Origin: a virus
Length of the DNA stretch: 64,000 nt
Reading direction: 5' to 3' (one strand)
IMG/VR virus record: IMGVR_UViG_3300027976_000006
Coordinates: 1-64,000 of that record
Made by a program: the position numbers and the translations under genes. Positions 44,624-55,610 of this stretch are shown here, piece by piece (the first letter of the stretch is position 1; each line of letters begins with the position of its first letter). The notes under the pieces were generated by a model. It saw only the letters and a program-made list of their open reading frames with translations. It had not been told where the DNA came from and searched no databases.

Positions 44624-46132
44624 GTGCAAGAAAAAATTGTTACGTTGTACAAAAATGGGAATACTATTTACATAGACCCAACTAGCGATTACATGTTTGA
44701 ATTGCTTAAACCAGTTTTAAGCTTTACCGAACGCAAATGTTATTTCGGTTACGAGGCAACACAACGCAAGCAGCAAAATTTAGCAGTTTTTGAATTACAG
44801 AATCATTCTCTTTTGGATGTCGATCACAAGCAGCGTATTGTAACTTTTTATGGCTTTTTTGCTTTAATTAGACAGACGCTTACTAAAGCGGGTTACACCG
44901 TGAAGTTTAAAGATCTTTCCCCCATGGCGGCTGAAAAACTAGAACCGCGATGGAAAAACATTAGTTCGTACAAATTACGGGCAAACCAAAATGAATTTTT
45001 GCAAAAGATTTTAGCTAATCGTTGTGGTAGATTTGATTGTCCCCCGGGCTTCGGTAAATCTTTTATGATTGGTTTAATCGCTGCATTGCTGCCCAAGGCA
45101 ACAATTGATGTGGTCACGAGACGAGTATCCGTGCTGCGCGACAGAATTTATCCAGAGCTGTGTCAGATGGTAGGCGATGTAGGAATTGTCGGGGGCAGCA
45201 AAAATGTAAGAAACAAACGGGTGATGTGTTACACTGTCGGTTCCCTTGGGCATAGTCCTGCTACTTCGGACTTTCTGATCGGGGACGAGTGTCACGAACT
45301 CTCTGCGGACAAAGCGGCTGGAGAATTAGTTCGGTGGCAAAACAGTCGAAATTTCGGGTTATCCGCTAGCCATGATCTTCGTTGGGATGGCAAAGATTTT
45401 AGAAATCTCGGTTTGTTCGGTCCCGTCATCTTTAAAGTAAATTACGCGCAAGCACAATCTGCAAATATGGTAGTCCCCATCCATGTGAAATGGACATCTG
45501 TAGTAATGGACCAAGACCCTTGCATGGATGCCGCAGATATACAGAAGAAACGACAAGGTATCTGGTGTAATGATTATCGGAATCGACGAATAGCCGAAGA
45601 TGCCCAGCGTTACGATGATAACACTCAAGTTTTAATTACGGTAGAGACTATAGAGCACGCATTAAACCTAAAAAAACAATTACCTAATTTTACTTTAGTG
45701 TACATGGAAAACGGGTTAAGCAAAAAAGATATAGAATATTACGCCCGCCGTGGGTTTTGCAAAGAAGATGAACCTTTAATGGATTTAGACCGCAGACAAA
45801 AATTAACTCAAGATTTTGAAAAAGGCGTATTAAAAAAAGTAATTTGTACCACAGTATGGAATGTTGGTGTATCGTTTAATAGCTTGGCCGTTTTAATCCG
45901 AGCTGACGGCGGTGGTAGCCCTATTAACGACATTCAAATCCCAGGCCGTGTGTCTAGAATTTCTGCAGACAAGCCTTACGGGCAAATCCACGATTATCTG
46001 GACCAGTTTAACTATACATTTAAAACTCGAGCAAAAAATCGTAGTACTTCGTATGCGCTTAATAACTGGCAACAAGATTTTCCTTCTGCTGGCTTGCAAA
46101 AGGAATACCACAGAATAACTCCAGCATTTTAG
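44624..46132 (+). CDS. Superfamily 2 DNA helicase (UvsW/XPB-like)
   Basis: PPGFGKS, DECH, GLSAS, QIPGRVSR. Confidence 0.9.
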   Translation: MQEKIVTLYKNGNTIYIDPTSDYMFELLKPVLSFTERKCYFGYEATQRKQQNLAVFELQNHSLLDVDHKQRIVTFYGFFALIRQTLTKAGYTVKFKDLSPMAAEKLEPRWKNISSYKLRANQNEFLQKILANRCGRFDCPPGFGKSFMIGLIAALLPKATIDVVTRRVSVLRDRIYPELCQMVGDVGIVGGSKNVRNKRVMCYTVGSLGHSPATSDFLIGDECHELSADKAAGELVRWQNSRNFGLSASHDLRWDGKDFRNLGLFGPVIFKVNYAQAQSANMVVPIHVKWTSVVMDQDPCMDAADIQKKRQGIWCNDYRNRRIAEDAQRYDDNTQVLITVETIEHALNLKKQLPNFTLVYMENGLSKKDIEYYARRGFCKEDEPLMDLDRRQKLTQDFEKGVLKKVICTTVWNVGVSFNSLAVLIRADGGGSPINDIQIPGRVSRISADKPYGQIHDYLDQFNYTFKTRAKNRSTSYALNNWQQDFPSAGLQKEYHRITPAF

Positions 46133-46171
46133 AAAATCGGGCAAACGCATTAACAGAAAGAGGGGGAAAAC

Positions 46172-46945
46172 ATGGAAAACAAGAATTTTAAGTTTAGTCG
46201 CCCTCCTATCCCAAATTTAAACTCGCGGCCTTCTGCTGATAGTTTTAACGAGCTTCCGGCAGAGGTACGGCTTTTTAAAGATACCTACATACAGGAAAGA
46301 CGAGTTTTGGAACGTTTTAGACAGGGTAGCAGTGTGAGTGTTTACCAACCTGCTTCAAGTTTAGATGGGAAATCTAAATTTGATTCGTTGGAAGAAAGAA
46401 AAACTACAAATCAATGGCAAGCTGTGCATAAAAAGCTAGGGCTGCTTCAGCATTTAAAGCCAACAAATTATGTACGCATTCTTTTTTATATCTTGAGAGG
46501 CAGCGCACTGACCGTACCTACTTTGAATCAGTTAGCTGCCCCTAAAACAATTGAAATGGTTCTTGATAGTTTTCAAAAAATAGAAGATGATTTACGCTGG
46601 CAGTTCATTGCAGAGAGCCAGCGAATCAAAACGGCTATCGTAATTTACCAAAAAGGCGATGGTTACTCGTTGAGCTTGGCTGTTTACTATGCACTGGCGG
46701 ACAATAGGCTAGAATTGTCTCCGTTATTTAAATATTGTATTGCTACTTCTACCTGCGAGCGTCTTCTGCAAAGCGATAAAAAAGACCCACACATTAAAAA
46801 GTTAAATAAAATAGCGAAACAATTTGAATTTTTGGCGGCGATGGATTACACTCTTTTTCCCCAACTTTATACTGCGGTGCTGGGGAAGATAATTCCAGCG
46901 GATTTTTGTGTAGCGGCGGCTGGTATAGTATCGGCTGCTCGGTGA
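46172..46945 (+). CDS. Hypothetical replication-region protein
   Basis: GAGGGGG RBS; lies between the two helicases. Confidence 0.7.
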   Translation: MENKNFKFSRPPIPNLNSRPSADSFNELPAEVRLFKDTYIQERRVLERFRQGSSVSVYQPASSLDGKSKFDSLEERKTTNQWQAVHKKLGLLQHLKPTNYVRILFYILRGSALTVPTLNQLAAPKTIEMVLDSFQKIEDDLRWQFIAESQRIKTAIVIYQKGDGYSLSLAVYYALADNRLELSPLFKYCIATSTCERLLQSDKKDPHIKKLNKIAKQFEFLAAMDYTLFPQLYTAVLGKIIPADFCVAAAGIVSAAR

Positions 46946-46960
46946 CGATAAAGTAATTTT

Positions 46961-48643
46961 GTGCTAGAAAGGATGCACATGCCAACCAACCGACAAGACA
47001 GTCGGCTGTCAGCTGCTCATCTGCGTTTATTTGTTGCAATTCTAATACAGAATGAAACAATATTTGCGCATTTTAAAAACAAGCTGACTGTCGCTCATTT
47101 TTCCGAAGAAAGCTATCAACTGCTTTATCGGGTGTTATTAAATTTTTATACTGAAAATAATAATTTGCCTAGTTTTGCCGAAATATGGGCAGATCTAGAA
47201 TCAATGTTTGAGCAAGACTCTGAAATTATTTCTGACGAGAATCGTGAAGAACTTGAAGATTTTTTATATTATGCGGCAGACCCAGACGTCTTTAGTGGGG
47301 CGCCTGCTCAAGATAAGAAGTTAGAAAACTTTGCTTTTAAGGCAGGGAAGCGTGTGCTTTTACAGGCACATTCTCGTGATTTACAATTAGCTTTACAACA
47401 AGGCGTAAAGTTGGAAGATTTGCCTTTTGTTTTGCAGCAATCCCAGTTGGAACTGGAGATTCTGAAGACGATGGGTGTTAAGAACAAGAGTGCTTTAACT
47501 TTTGATCATAATTGGGATAAACGCGATCCTAAAATTATTCGTACCACAGGTATCGGTTTTTTAGACAAGTATCTTAATGGCGGTACTTCCGCGGGTGAAG
47601 TGTACGGGCTTATGGCTCCGTACGGTACTTGCAAAACGACTTTGGCTGTTATGTTATGGTGCACGGCGGCACGCCATTGCTACGAAGAAACGCTAAATGG
47701 GGCTACGGGCAAGCATGGTATTTCCGTTTTAGTTACTTACGAAGCACCTAAGTCTCCTGAGCTTTTGCACCGTGCTTTAATGTACGCAGCAAGAGTTAGT
47801 CGTCAAAGTTTAGATAAAATGGGGGCGGATGGGCTGAGTGCACTGCTTAACGATCCGACAGCTCCTTTGGATTACGAACGAAAGCGATTTGCAAAAGAGA
47901 TTGCCGATGGCGTATTTGAGCCGGAACAAGTTAGGGTAGAAAAGTCTATAGCTTGGTTAAACAAGCATACTTTGTGTTTAGATTTTTCTGGCAGCGACGT
48001 CGAATTTCCCACAGCTGGCACAGGCGGCATTGCTGAGATTGTTCATCGCATTAAACTGGAGCTTAGGGCTCGTGATTCTTCTTGTTATTTGCATAGTGTA
48101 ATCGTGGATTATCTTGGGTTGATGGTAGACCGGGATATAACATTAGCAACAAAAGCAGGTTCGAAAGACGAAGATCATAAGACATATTCAACTGCTGTTT
48201 CCAGACTTGGGAATGAACTTTGCAAACCATTTAAATGCCACAGTTGGGTTTTTCACCAGCTTAGCGGTCTGGCTAATTCAATGCTTAGTCCTACGAAAGT
48301 TTTGCACCATACTGATGCACAAGGCAGCAAAAGCTTTGGTGCCAATCTAGATTTTTCTTTTGTAATAGGTAATCTGAACGCAGATTCAATGGGACAGATC
48401 GCCTGCACAAAGCACAGGCGTAACCGTAGAATGATTCCCAGCATTATACGGGTAGACGGTGAATTTAATTTGGTGACGGCACCTGACAATTATCACATAG
48501 ATAGTCGGGGAGAAATCGTAGAAAAATCTACTTTATCAGACGCAGGTGGCGGCGGAAATGTCAGTTCGCATGGTGACATTCCAGCTCAACTGAGTTTGCC
48601 AGTTGCAGCCGGCTCTGAAAACATAGACATGGATGAATACTAA
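46961..48643 (+). CDS. dnaB: DnaB-like (SF4) replicative helicase
   Basis: TGI.FLD..L.GG...GE, APYGTCKT (Walker A), TYE, IVDYL, HQL. Confidence 0.8.
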   Translation: MLERMHMPTNRQDSRLSAAHLRLFVAILIQNETIFAHFKNKLTVAHFSEESYQLLYRVLLNFYTENNNLPSFAEIWADLESMFEQDSEIISDENREELEDFLYYAADPDVFSGAPAQDKKLENFAFKAGKRVLLQAHSRDLQLALQQGVKLEDLPFVLQQSQLELEILKTMGVKNKSALTFDHNWDKRDPKIIRTTGIGFLDKYLNGGTSAGEVYGLMAPYGTCKTTLAVMLWCTAARHCYEETLNGATGKHGISVLVTYEAPKSPELLHRALMYAARVSRQSLDKMGADGLSALLNDPTAPLDYERKRFAKEIADGVFEPEQVRVEKSIAWLNKHTLCLDFSGSDVEFPTAGTGGIAEIVHRIKLELRARDSSCYLHSVIVDYLGLMVDRDITLATKAGSKDEDHKTYSTAVSRLGNELCKPFKCHSWVFHQLSGLANSMLSPTKVLHHTDAQGSKSFGANLDFSFVIGNLNADSMGQIACTKHRRNRRMIPSIIRVDGEFNLVTAPDNYHIDSRGEIVEKSTLSDAGGGGNVSSHGDIPAQLSLPVAAGSENIDMDEY

Positions 48644-48666
48644 TTTACAACATTAACGAGGAGCCA

Positions 48667-49749
48667 ATGGACAATGCTGAAAAGAACGCATTAAATCGTG
48701 CTTTGTTTCGTAGGTGTAAAGCCGTTTTTGGTAATGTGCGTATTGCACATTCCGGAGAAAAACAATTACGAAAATCAAGTGTTGATTTGATCACGGGAAA
48801 ACCGATAGAAGTGATTACACATTCTGGTGAATACTATGCCGTATGCTGCCCTTTTTGTAACGATACTCGCTTTCGTTGTTACATAAATCACAGATACGGC
48901 ACAGATAATAGTTGGGGTCGCCCTCAATTAAATCTTGCTATCTGTTTTAACGGAGGTTGTCCCCTCTCGCTTAAGGAGGCGGAGACTTATCAAAAGTTAG
49001 AACAAATGCTGGTAGGTCATCACTTACTAGATTTACGCAAGGTTCAAATAAAGGAAGGAAAACCAGTTGATTTAACTAAAATAAGAACAAGTTGGCCGGG
49101 TAAAGTTACTCGAATTGATAAACTGCCTTCCAGTCACGAAGCCAACCTGTATCTAGAAAGTCGAGGTTTTGACCCCGAGAAGATTGGTAGGTTTTACAAT
49201 GTGCATTGGTGTTACGAAAGCGATAAGTACATTTGTAGAAATCGATTAATTATTCCCATTTATCACGACATGCAGATGGTTGGTTGGCAAGCTAGGGCTG
49301 CTTTTGAAACAGATTGGAAAAAATCTAGTTTGCCTAAGTATTACACAGCGCCGGGAACTCCAAAACGAAATATTCTTTACAACTTGGGAAATGCAGAGCA
49401 GTACGAAGTAGGTATTATTGTGGAAGGTGTAACGGATGTTTGGCGTGTAGGGCCGCAAGCTGTATGTACTCTCGGTGCTAGCTTAACGGCAGGGCAACAA
49501 ACTTTGTTTAGGCAACGTTTTAAAGATTATGCGGGAGTATTGGTTTTTGACCCGGATGTTAAAGACAAACTCGCATTAAAAGTAAAAGAGATAGAAACAG
49601 ATTTGAACGAACATTTAAAATCCGGATTTTGCAGCGTGCAACTTCCTACCGGTACTGACCCTGGTTCCTTAGACCGAGCAATGCTTCGTGAGTATATTAC
49701 AAAGCAGGCAAAGGATAAGGGCGTAATTATTTCTTGGAGGAAAAGGTAG
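48667..49749 (+). CDS. dnaG: DNA primase (Zn finger plus TOPRIM)
   Basis: CPFC..C...C, YLESRG, RLIIPI, PKY, IVEGVTD, FDPD, DPG. Confidence 0.88.
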   Translation: MDNAEKNALNRALFRRCKAVFGNVRIAHSGEKQLRKSSVDLITGKPIEVITHSGEYYAVCCPFCNDTRFRCYINHRYGTDNSWGRPQLNLAICFNGGCPLSLKEAETYQKLEQMLVGHHLLDLRKVQIKEGKPVDLTKIRTSWPGKVTRIDKLPSSHEANLYLESRGFDPEKIGRFYNVHWCYESDKYICRNRLIIPIYHDMQMVGWQARAAFETDWKKSSLPKYYTAPGTPKRNILYNLGNAEQYEVGIIVEGVTDVWRVGPQAVCTLGASLTAGQQTLFRQRFKDYAGVLVFDPDVKDKLALKVKEIETDLNEHLKSGFCSVQLPTGTDPGSLDRAMLREYITKQAKDKGVIISWRKR

Positions 49750-49751
49750 AA

Positions 49752-52700
49752 ATGGTACATCGCAAGATAAAGATAAAAGGAAATACAATTGCTTCCGTTA
49801 CTTCAATTTCCTCCGTGGCTGTCGAGAAAGTACACAAACAGCGGTTATACGCGGTGCAAAAAAATGGAGCAATATACCCTTTAGACGCCCCTGGGTTACC
49901 TGCGTTACCGCCTAATTCTGCATTTCTTCGTCATGCTTTAGCATTAGGCGACATAGAGTCTAAACTGGTAGAAGAAACAAAAGAAAACGCAGAGGGTAAA
50001 AAAATCAAAGAACGCCGGTTAATCTACGGCGATGAGTTAATGCAACTGGTTCAGTCGGCGCTACGAATTACGCCTTTCACTCTAGGTGTCGAGATCGGAC
50101 CTCACTATTACAAAGAAGCAGAGTTTGTCCTTGGTCATTTGCAGGGGGCAGCCACTGCAACTGGACCAGTGCCCGCCGACGTAATGATTATCGGGCGTAA
50201 TCCTTGGGTAGAAGAAGTCAAAGCGGCAAGGTGTATGGAGGGGGCAGACGGCCAACTGCTAATCGAAACATTTCGTAAATTAAAAGCACTCGATTTAGCT
50301 AAATTCTATTTAACAAATTTAGTTAAATTTAGACCTCCAGATTGGAAGGTTAATTTAAAAGCGGTGTGGATAAAAGATTGTATGCATTTGCTGTATCAAG
50401 AAATAAAGATCGTACAGCCTAAATACATTCTTTGTTTAGGGGCAGACGTCAGTAAAGCTTTGCTTGGGGGTAAAGCGGGTGTAACCGAAATGGAAGGTAG
50501 GATAGAAAAGATAAAGTACAATACTGCGTTCATAGGTAGAGACCAAGAACAGTGTTGGAAAGAAGCACAAGTTATGACTGTAGTACATCCACGCCAAGTT
50601 ATTCGAGACCAGTCGGCAGGAAGGCAGCTGGAGAATGGAATAGCCCGATTCGTGGCTTTAACAAAAGGAGTTGTAACCGGTTCTTCTGAAACAATAGATC
50701 ACAGGGTAGTCGATAACCACTGGGATCTGTTGCAGCAGCTTATCAGCGTCGAGTACGACACAGACAAAAGAGATAATGTAATTGCAGTTGATGCAGAATG
50801 GCACGGTAAGCACCCAATTAATAAAAATGCTTATATGCGAACGATGCAGCTATCTTGGTGTGAAAAGAAAGCACTTGGCATTAAGTTTCACGAGGCGGGC
50901 GGGGAAATGGCAGTTGGCTTCGCTTCAGGTATGCCTAGGCAGCTACTCCAAAAAACGCTAAAACTTTTAAATGTTTTCTTTCTTGGTGGTGTCTTTAAAT
51001 ACAAAGATGCAGAAGAAGTTAAAGAAATTAAGTTTAGGCGCAAACGGGTTATTGGTCATTTCTTTAACGCAGATTTGGAGTGGTTGTTAGATTACGGTAT
51101 TAACATCCAAGATTGTTTTTCTTGCCGGTTGTATGACTACGAGATGAAACCAGAAAATGTCGATAAGAAGTTGTTCAAGGCGTACCAAAGCGAAGGGTTT
51201 AAAGCGGAAGAAATTGTGCCGGCGTGGTATCGTACTAAGTTTGAAGGAGGGGCAGACACAGGGTTAATGGCCCACGCTATTGAAGAAACAGCCAGTTATA
51301 AACTGGAAACTTTGGCGATGCGCTACACGGCAGCTCCAAGATACGATCGGGAGCTGCAGCGGTGGAAAGTATCTTACTGTAAGATTCAAGGGATAACGAA
51401 TTCCGATTTAGAGGGGTATGGCGAATGCCCTGACGATATCTTGTTGCCTTATGGTATGTACGATGCCGATGTTACCTTGCGCCTTTTTTACAGATTGTCA
51501 GTATTATTGGACGAGGATTACGAGGGCAATAACTGTCGGGAAGCTTTTTGGGAGTCTCAAATTGCAACTCCTGCTGTGCTGGAAATACATCGTAATGGTA
51601 TTACCGTAGACAAAGAACGAATTGATTTTTTAACTAAAAGTTTTATGCAGGCTAAAGCTGCGCTAGAAATTAACTTGCGTGAAAAAATTCGCTGGCCTAC
51701 CTTCAATCTCAGGTCTACGCAGCATGTTCGAGAATTACTTTACGGGCACGCACTCAATGGGCATAAAGATAAAAAAACCGGAGAAATGCTTAGGCTACGC
51801 CCGCCCGATGCCGTCAGTTTAAATCTTGAACCATTATTTGACACAGGCAAACCACCTAAAGCATGGGGTGAGATTAAAAGGGGAGGAAGAATGAATGAAC
51901 ATTCCCCCTCTACTAACAAATTAATTTTATCTTTGCTGGCCCAGTCGGCGGCTACAGAGACTAAAGCTAAATTAATAAATCAATTAAGAGACTATCGTTT
52001 TTTAGACCAAGTGCTTAAAACGGTACTTCATCCGCCTGACGAGGATGGTCCCACCGGTGAATCAATCTACAACGAGGAGGGTAATTTAGAATATTCTGAC
52101 GGGCTTGCTTCTCTTTGCTGTGACGATGGCAAAGTGCGTACTCATGTTTACCAAACCAAGGAAACCGGAAGGTGGTCCAGTGCTCGCCCCAACTTGCAAA
52201 ATATCAGCAAACAGCGAGACCCGGACTACAAGAGATTGCTTGGGGAGGAAAACTATAAATACAGTTTGCGCAGTATTTTAAAAGCTTCACCTGGTCATGT
52301 GCTTGTGGAAGCGGATTATGTTGGGGCGGAACTATTTGGCATGGCGGTGATGGCTGGTGACGAGAATATGATTAAGCATGCGTTAAGAAACCAGCTACCT
52401 GAGTCCCACCCGGAATACTACGATATACACAGCAATGTGGCATGCTATGCGTTTAAACTAGCTTGTCCTCCAACAAAAAGTGGGTTAGCTGCTATAGGTA
52501 AAAAAAATCTTAGAATGGTGGCCAAATCTGTGATTTTTGGGATCGCGTACGGTAGGGGAGCTAATGCGATTGCGATAGCGGCAAAAGAGCAGGGCATTGA
52601 TATTAGCTTAGAGGAAGCCCGCAAACTTATTGATGCAATTTTTACCATGTATCCAAGGCTTCATCCATTTTTTTATGAATGTGTTGCGCGTGCTACTGGG

Positions 52701-53231
52701 GAATACATTGACCCAGTAACTGGCAGCAAAGTTGCAGCCCGCTATTTGTGTAATTGTTATGGTAGATTTCGGCGCTTCCCGGCTTCAAATAACGATACAG
52801 CATTAGCTGCGGAATTTGGAAGGCAGGCTATGAATTATCCAATTCAATCAATGATTGCCTCTGCAGTTAGCCGTGCGTTGGCCCATATTCACACCTATAA
52901 AGCGAAGCAGCTGTGTGCTGGTGTGGACATGTTTAAAATTCTGCTGCAGATTCACGATGCTGTACTTCTTGAAGTTCCTTACCGGTATGTTAAGCATGTA
53001 TGTGAATGGGTGCTACCGAAGTTTATGCGTGATGCGGTTCCTATCTATCCTTCTAGTTTAGATGGCGTGCCAACTGGTGCTGGTCCGTATTATCTAGGCA
53101 TCGAAGTGGAGGTGATGAAACACTGGGGGGAAGGGCTAAAAGAAAGTGAAGCGCTTGAGTTAGATCTTCCCACCGGGATAGGCGGAGTGGAAAGCTGTGT
53201 TGTAAATTACAGCAAGGCTAATAAAATATAA
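49752..53231 (+). CDS. polA: Family A DNA polymerase with N-terminal uracil-DNA-glycosylase-like domain and 3'-5' exonuclease
   Basis: UDG-like: VMIIG.NP, YLTNLVK.RPP, EI..VQPK.I.CLGA, HP. Exonuclease: DAE, YD.D. Polymerase: TGR.SS..PNLQNI, ADY..AE, R..AKS..FG..YG, QIHD. Confidence 0.95.
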   Translation: MVHRKIKIKGNTIASVTSISSVAVEKVHKQRLYAVQKNGAIYPLDAPGLPALPPNSAFLRHALALGDIESKLVEETKENAEGKKIKERRLIYGDELMQLVQSALRITPFTLGVEIGPHYYKEAEFVLGHLQGAATATGPVPADVMIIGRNPWVEEVKAARCMEGADGQLLIETFRKLKALDLAKFYLTNLVKFRPPDWKVNLKAVWIKDCMHLLYQEIKIVQPKYILCLGADVSKALLGGKAGVTEMEGRIEKIKYNTAFIGRDQEQCWKEAQVMTVVHPRQVIRDQSAGRQLENGIARFVALTKGVVTGSSETIDHRVVDNHWDLLQQLISVEYDTDKRDNVIAVDAEWHGKHPINKNAYMRTMQLSWCEKKALGIKFHEAGGEMAVGFASGMPRQLLQKTLKLLNVFFLGGVFKYKDAEEVKEIKFRRKRVIGHFFNADLEWLLDYGINIQDCFSCRLYDYEMKPENVDKKLFKAYQSEGFKAEEIVPAWYRTKFEGGADTGLMAHAIEETASYKLETLAMRYTAAPRYDRELQRWKVSYCKIQGITNSDLEGYGECPDDILLPYGMYDADVTLRLFYRLSVLLDEDYEGNNCREAFWESQIATPAVLEIHRNGITVDKERIDFLTKSFMQAKAALEINLREKIRWPTFNLRSTQHVRELLYGHALNGHKDKKTGEMLRLRPPDAVSLNLEPLFDTGKPPKAWGEIKRGGRMNEHSPSTNKLILSLLAQSAATETKAKLINQLRDYRFLDQVLKTVLHPPDEDGPTGESIYNEEGNLEYSDGLASLCCDDGKVRTHVYQTKETGRWSSARPNLQNISKQRDPDYKRLLGEENYKYSLRSILKASPGHVLVEADYVGAELFGMAVMAGDENMIKHALRNQLPESHPEYYDIHSNVACYAFKLACPPTKSGLAAIGKKNLRMVAKSVIFGIAYGRGANAIAIAAKEQGIDISLEEARKLIDAIFTMYPRLHPFFYECVARATGEYIDPVTGSKVAARYLCNCYGRFRRFPASNNDTALAAEFGRQAMNYPIQSMIASAVSRALAHIHTYKAKQLCAGVDMFKILLQIHDAVLLEVPYRYVKHVCEWVLPKFMRDAVPIYPSSLDGVPTGAGPYYLGIEVEVMKHWGEGLKESEALELDLPTGIGGVESCVVNYSKANKI

Positions 53232-53732
53232 AGAGCAAGGTAATGTTTGTAGGTAGCACCGGGGTGGGTTGCAATTAGGTTTACGCGGCTAACCCAGCTT
53301 AGCCACGGTATTAAAAGCGATGAGGCGGGCATAGCCGCTCGTTATACCCTATCAGTACTGTGCTATTCTGTCGCAAAGGCAGAGAAAGGAGAACGCAGTG
53401 AGACCTCAAAACATTTTGTTAGACTAGGGTATGCCTTATGGAGAATGCCAGTGCCTAACATAATATTTTTTTAACATTCCGATATTTTTTGCAATTAAAA
53501 ATATTGCACAAAAAAATATTCATGGGTACACTACTAAACCTAAAGATCTTCATGAAGAAGATGAAGTTTATCTTGAAAAAGTCAGATCTTTCTACTTAGC
53601 GGATTTAATGGATTATCATCCGATAACTGGTTTTGAGCTGCTTGATTGTGTGGTTTGTTTTCAACTTTTGTCGATTGCGGTAATCGACAATGAAATACAA
53701 ACACATGTTGTTTTTTTGAAAGGTAATTATCA

Positions 53733-55538
53733 ATGCGTAAGCAAAGAAGTTTAGTTCCTCGGACTATGGCATCGATCACTCGTCAGATGGATCCGACAAA
53801 AGACGACGTCGGTAGGCGGGGTATCCCAGCCGGGAACATCTGTATTAACTCAAATCTAACTAATGTCAGACTTGAAGGTTTACGGTCCTATACTGGGGGC
53901 AGAACAGTGTTGCGGGTATGGCCGATGTTGGATCCTGAAGACCCAAGTAACAAGCTGCTAAACGGGAGAATATCTCCATATGATATGTCGGGTCTTGGCG
54001 GTATGTCAATTTCGGAACCGGCGTATTGTGCGTCATACGCAGGTATAAAGAAGGACACTCTTCACTTTGGAGGTTCTGGGGATTTTGTTCCATGTAGCTA
54101 CATCATAGCTAGAAATAAAAACTCAGTATGTGAGGGTGTTACATTTTGGGATGAGCCGTATGTAAAACTGTACATGACAGTTAAAAAAGCGTTCGAGGGA
54201 AAAGATTTTGGATATGGTGGTATTTATGACCCGCGCTGGAATAGTCTGATGAGCACAAAAATGCCAGCGCTTGGGGCATTTAGACAACAATATTTTGTTG
54301 TTGCTAGTGTTTACGAGAACGGCCAAAACCTTGATCTTGTCCGCGAGCATATTGCGTATAAGCAGCAAGGGAAAGATATCACGAAAGACATACCTAGAAA
54401 CGGTGTGCCGTTGGGGGAGGACGAGAAAGATTCTTTGGTAGTCGTGCCATTGTCCGTGTCCGCCGGTAGGAATATGCTAAAGTTATGCTGCATTGAAAAA
54501 GCGGATTGGACTGGGGATGAAAATGCAAACCCCTCCATTATGTACAAGTATGGTGATCCTACTGGAATCTATGATGCAAAAACTAACACCGTTAAAGGTG
54601 GATTGTTTTTCACTATTTATAACCCAACTAAGGAAACAATAGATAAACACACCTCCTATTCCGGTGGGGGCAGCAAGGCTGCGGTTGAGTACGAAGTAGC
54701 TGTCAGCACTAAATACGTAGGGCCGAATGGAACAATTCTTACTGATCTAAACAGTCAACAAGTTGACAATGTTTTAAGTAAGAATGTGTTCTTGTGGAAA
54801 GAGAACGCAAGTGATCCTTCTGACTCCTATTTGCTGCATGAGCCAACGATGGAGGAAAGGTGCGTGTTGATTGCAAGGGCATTTCGCCAAGTACCAAAAC
54901 TTCTTGAGTTTGGCTGGATGAGCCACCCGGAGTATCTAAATTACGAAGCAGTAGCTACCATACTTAACCGCAAAGTAACCTCGGTGGTTACCCCTGTGGA
55001 AGAGGAAGACAGCGAGGATGAAATGTCGTCAAAACCACAGGCTCCTGTGGCTAAGACAAAAGTGATTGCAGCTAAGGCGGGTGTTTCCAACAGCCCCAAC
55101 CGAAGTAAATCACTTAGTGACAAAAAGACTTCGGCTGAACTCGCAGATGAATTCGACGCTGAATTCGACGAGGAAAAGTTGGAAAACAAGGAGACGGACG
55201 ATGAATTTGATGAAACCCCTGCCGAGAATGTCAAAGTCGGCAAAAGCAAGCTCAAAAGCAAAGACGACTTCGATGACGAAGAAATCGACGAAGACGAGCT
55301 TGAAGACACCAAAGAAGACGAGTCCGAAGAAGACGAGTCCGAAGACGAGTCCGAAGAAGACGAGTCCGAAGAAGACGAGTCCAAAGATTTCAAAGCCGAC
55401 GAAGCGCTAACGAGCCAGCTGAATAACAGTTTGGCACGTGCAAAAGCGGTGGCACGAAGCCGTAAACGAAGTTCGCCTGAAGAAGAAATGAATGAAATTC
55501 ATATCCCTTCGCCGGCTAAGAAAAAGCGTTCTCGTTAA
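53733..55538 (+). CDS. Hypothetical protein with a long acidic tail (candidate ssDNA-binding protein / recombination mediator)
   Basis: Lies between polA and recA; Asp/Glu-rich C-terminus with EEDES repeats. Confidence 0.55.
   Translation: MRKQRSLVPRTMASITRQMDPTKDDVGRRGIPAGNICINSNLTNVRLEGLRSYTGGRTVLRVWPMLDPEDPSNKLLNGRISPYDMSGLGGMSISEPAYCASYAGIKKDTLHFGGSGDFVPCSYIIARNKNSVCEGVTFWDEPYVKLYMTVKKAFEGKDFGYGGIYDPRWNSLMSTKMPALGAFRQQYFVVASVYENGQNLDLVREHIAYKQQGKDITKDIPRNGVPLGEDEKDSLVVVPLSVSAGRNMLKLCCIEKADWTGDENANPSIMYKYGDPTGIYDAKTNTVKGGLFFTIYNPTKETIDKHTSYSGGGSKAAVEYEVAVSTKYVGPNGTILTDLNSQQVDNVLSKNVFLWKENASDPSDSYLLHEPTMEERCVLIARAFRQVPKLLEFGWMSHPEYLNYEAVATILNRKVTSVVTPVEEEDSEDEMSSKPQAPVAKTKVIAAKAGVSNSPNRSKSLSDKKTSAELADEFDAEFDEEKLENKETDDEFDETPAENVKVGKSKLKSKDDFDDEEIDEDELEDTKEDESEEDESEDESEEDESEEDESKDFKADEALTSQLNNSLARAKAVARSRKRSSPEEEMNEIHIPSPAKKKRSR
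55314..55382 (+). repeat. Short tandem repeat (gaagacgagtcc, 5 copies) coding EDES
   Basis: Directly visible in the sequence. Confidence 0.9.
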
Positions 55539-55610
55539 TTGGCAACAATGTTAATTTAATTAAGAGTGGAGGTAATATTCCACTCTTATGTTTTAAAGGA
55601 AGGAATAATT

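Noticed and set aside
54941-55410. Ser-rich minus-strand ORF and KTSPK plus-strand ORF
   Set aside because: Shadow frames of the acidic EDES repeat tail of 53733..55538.
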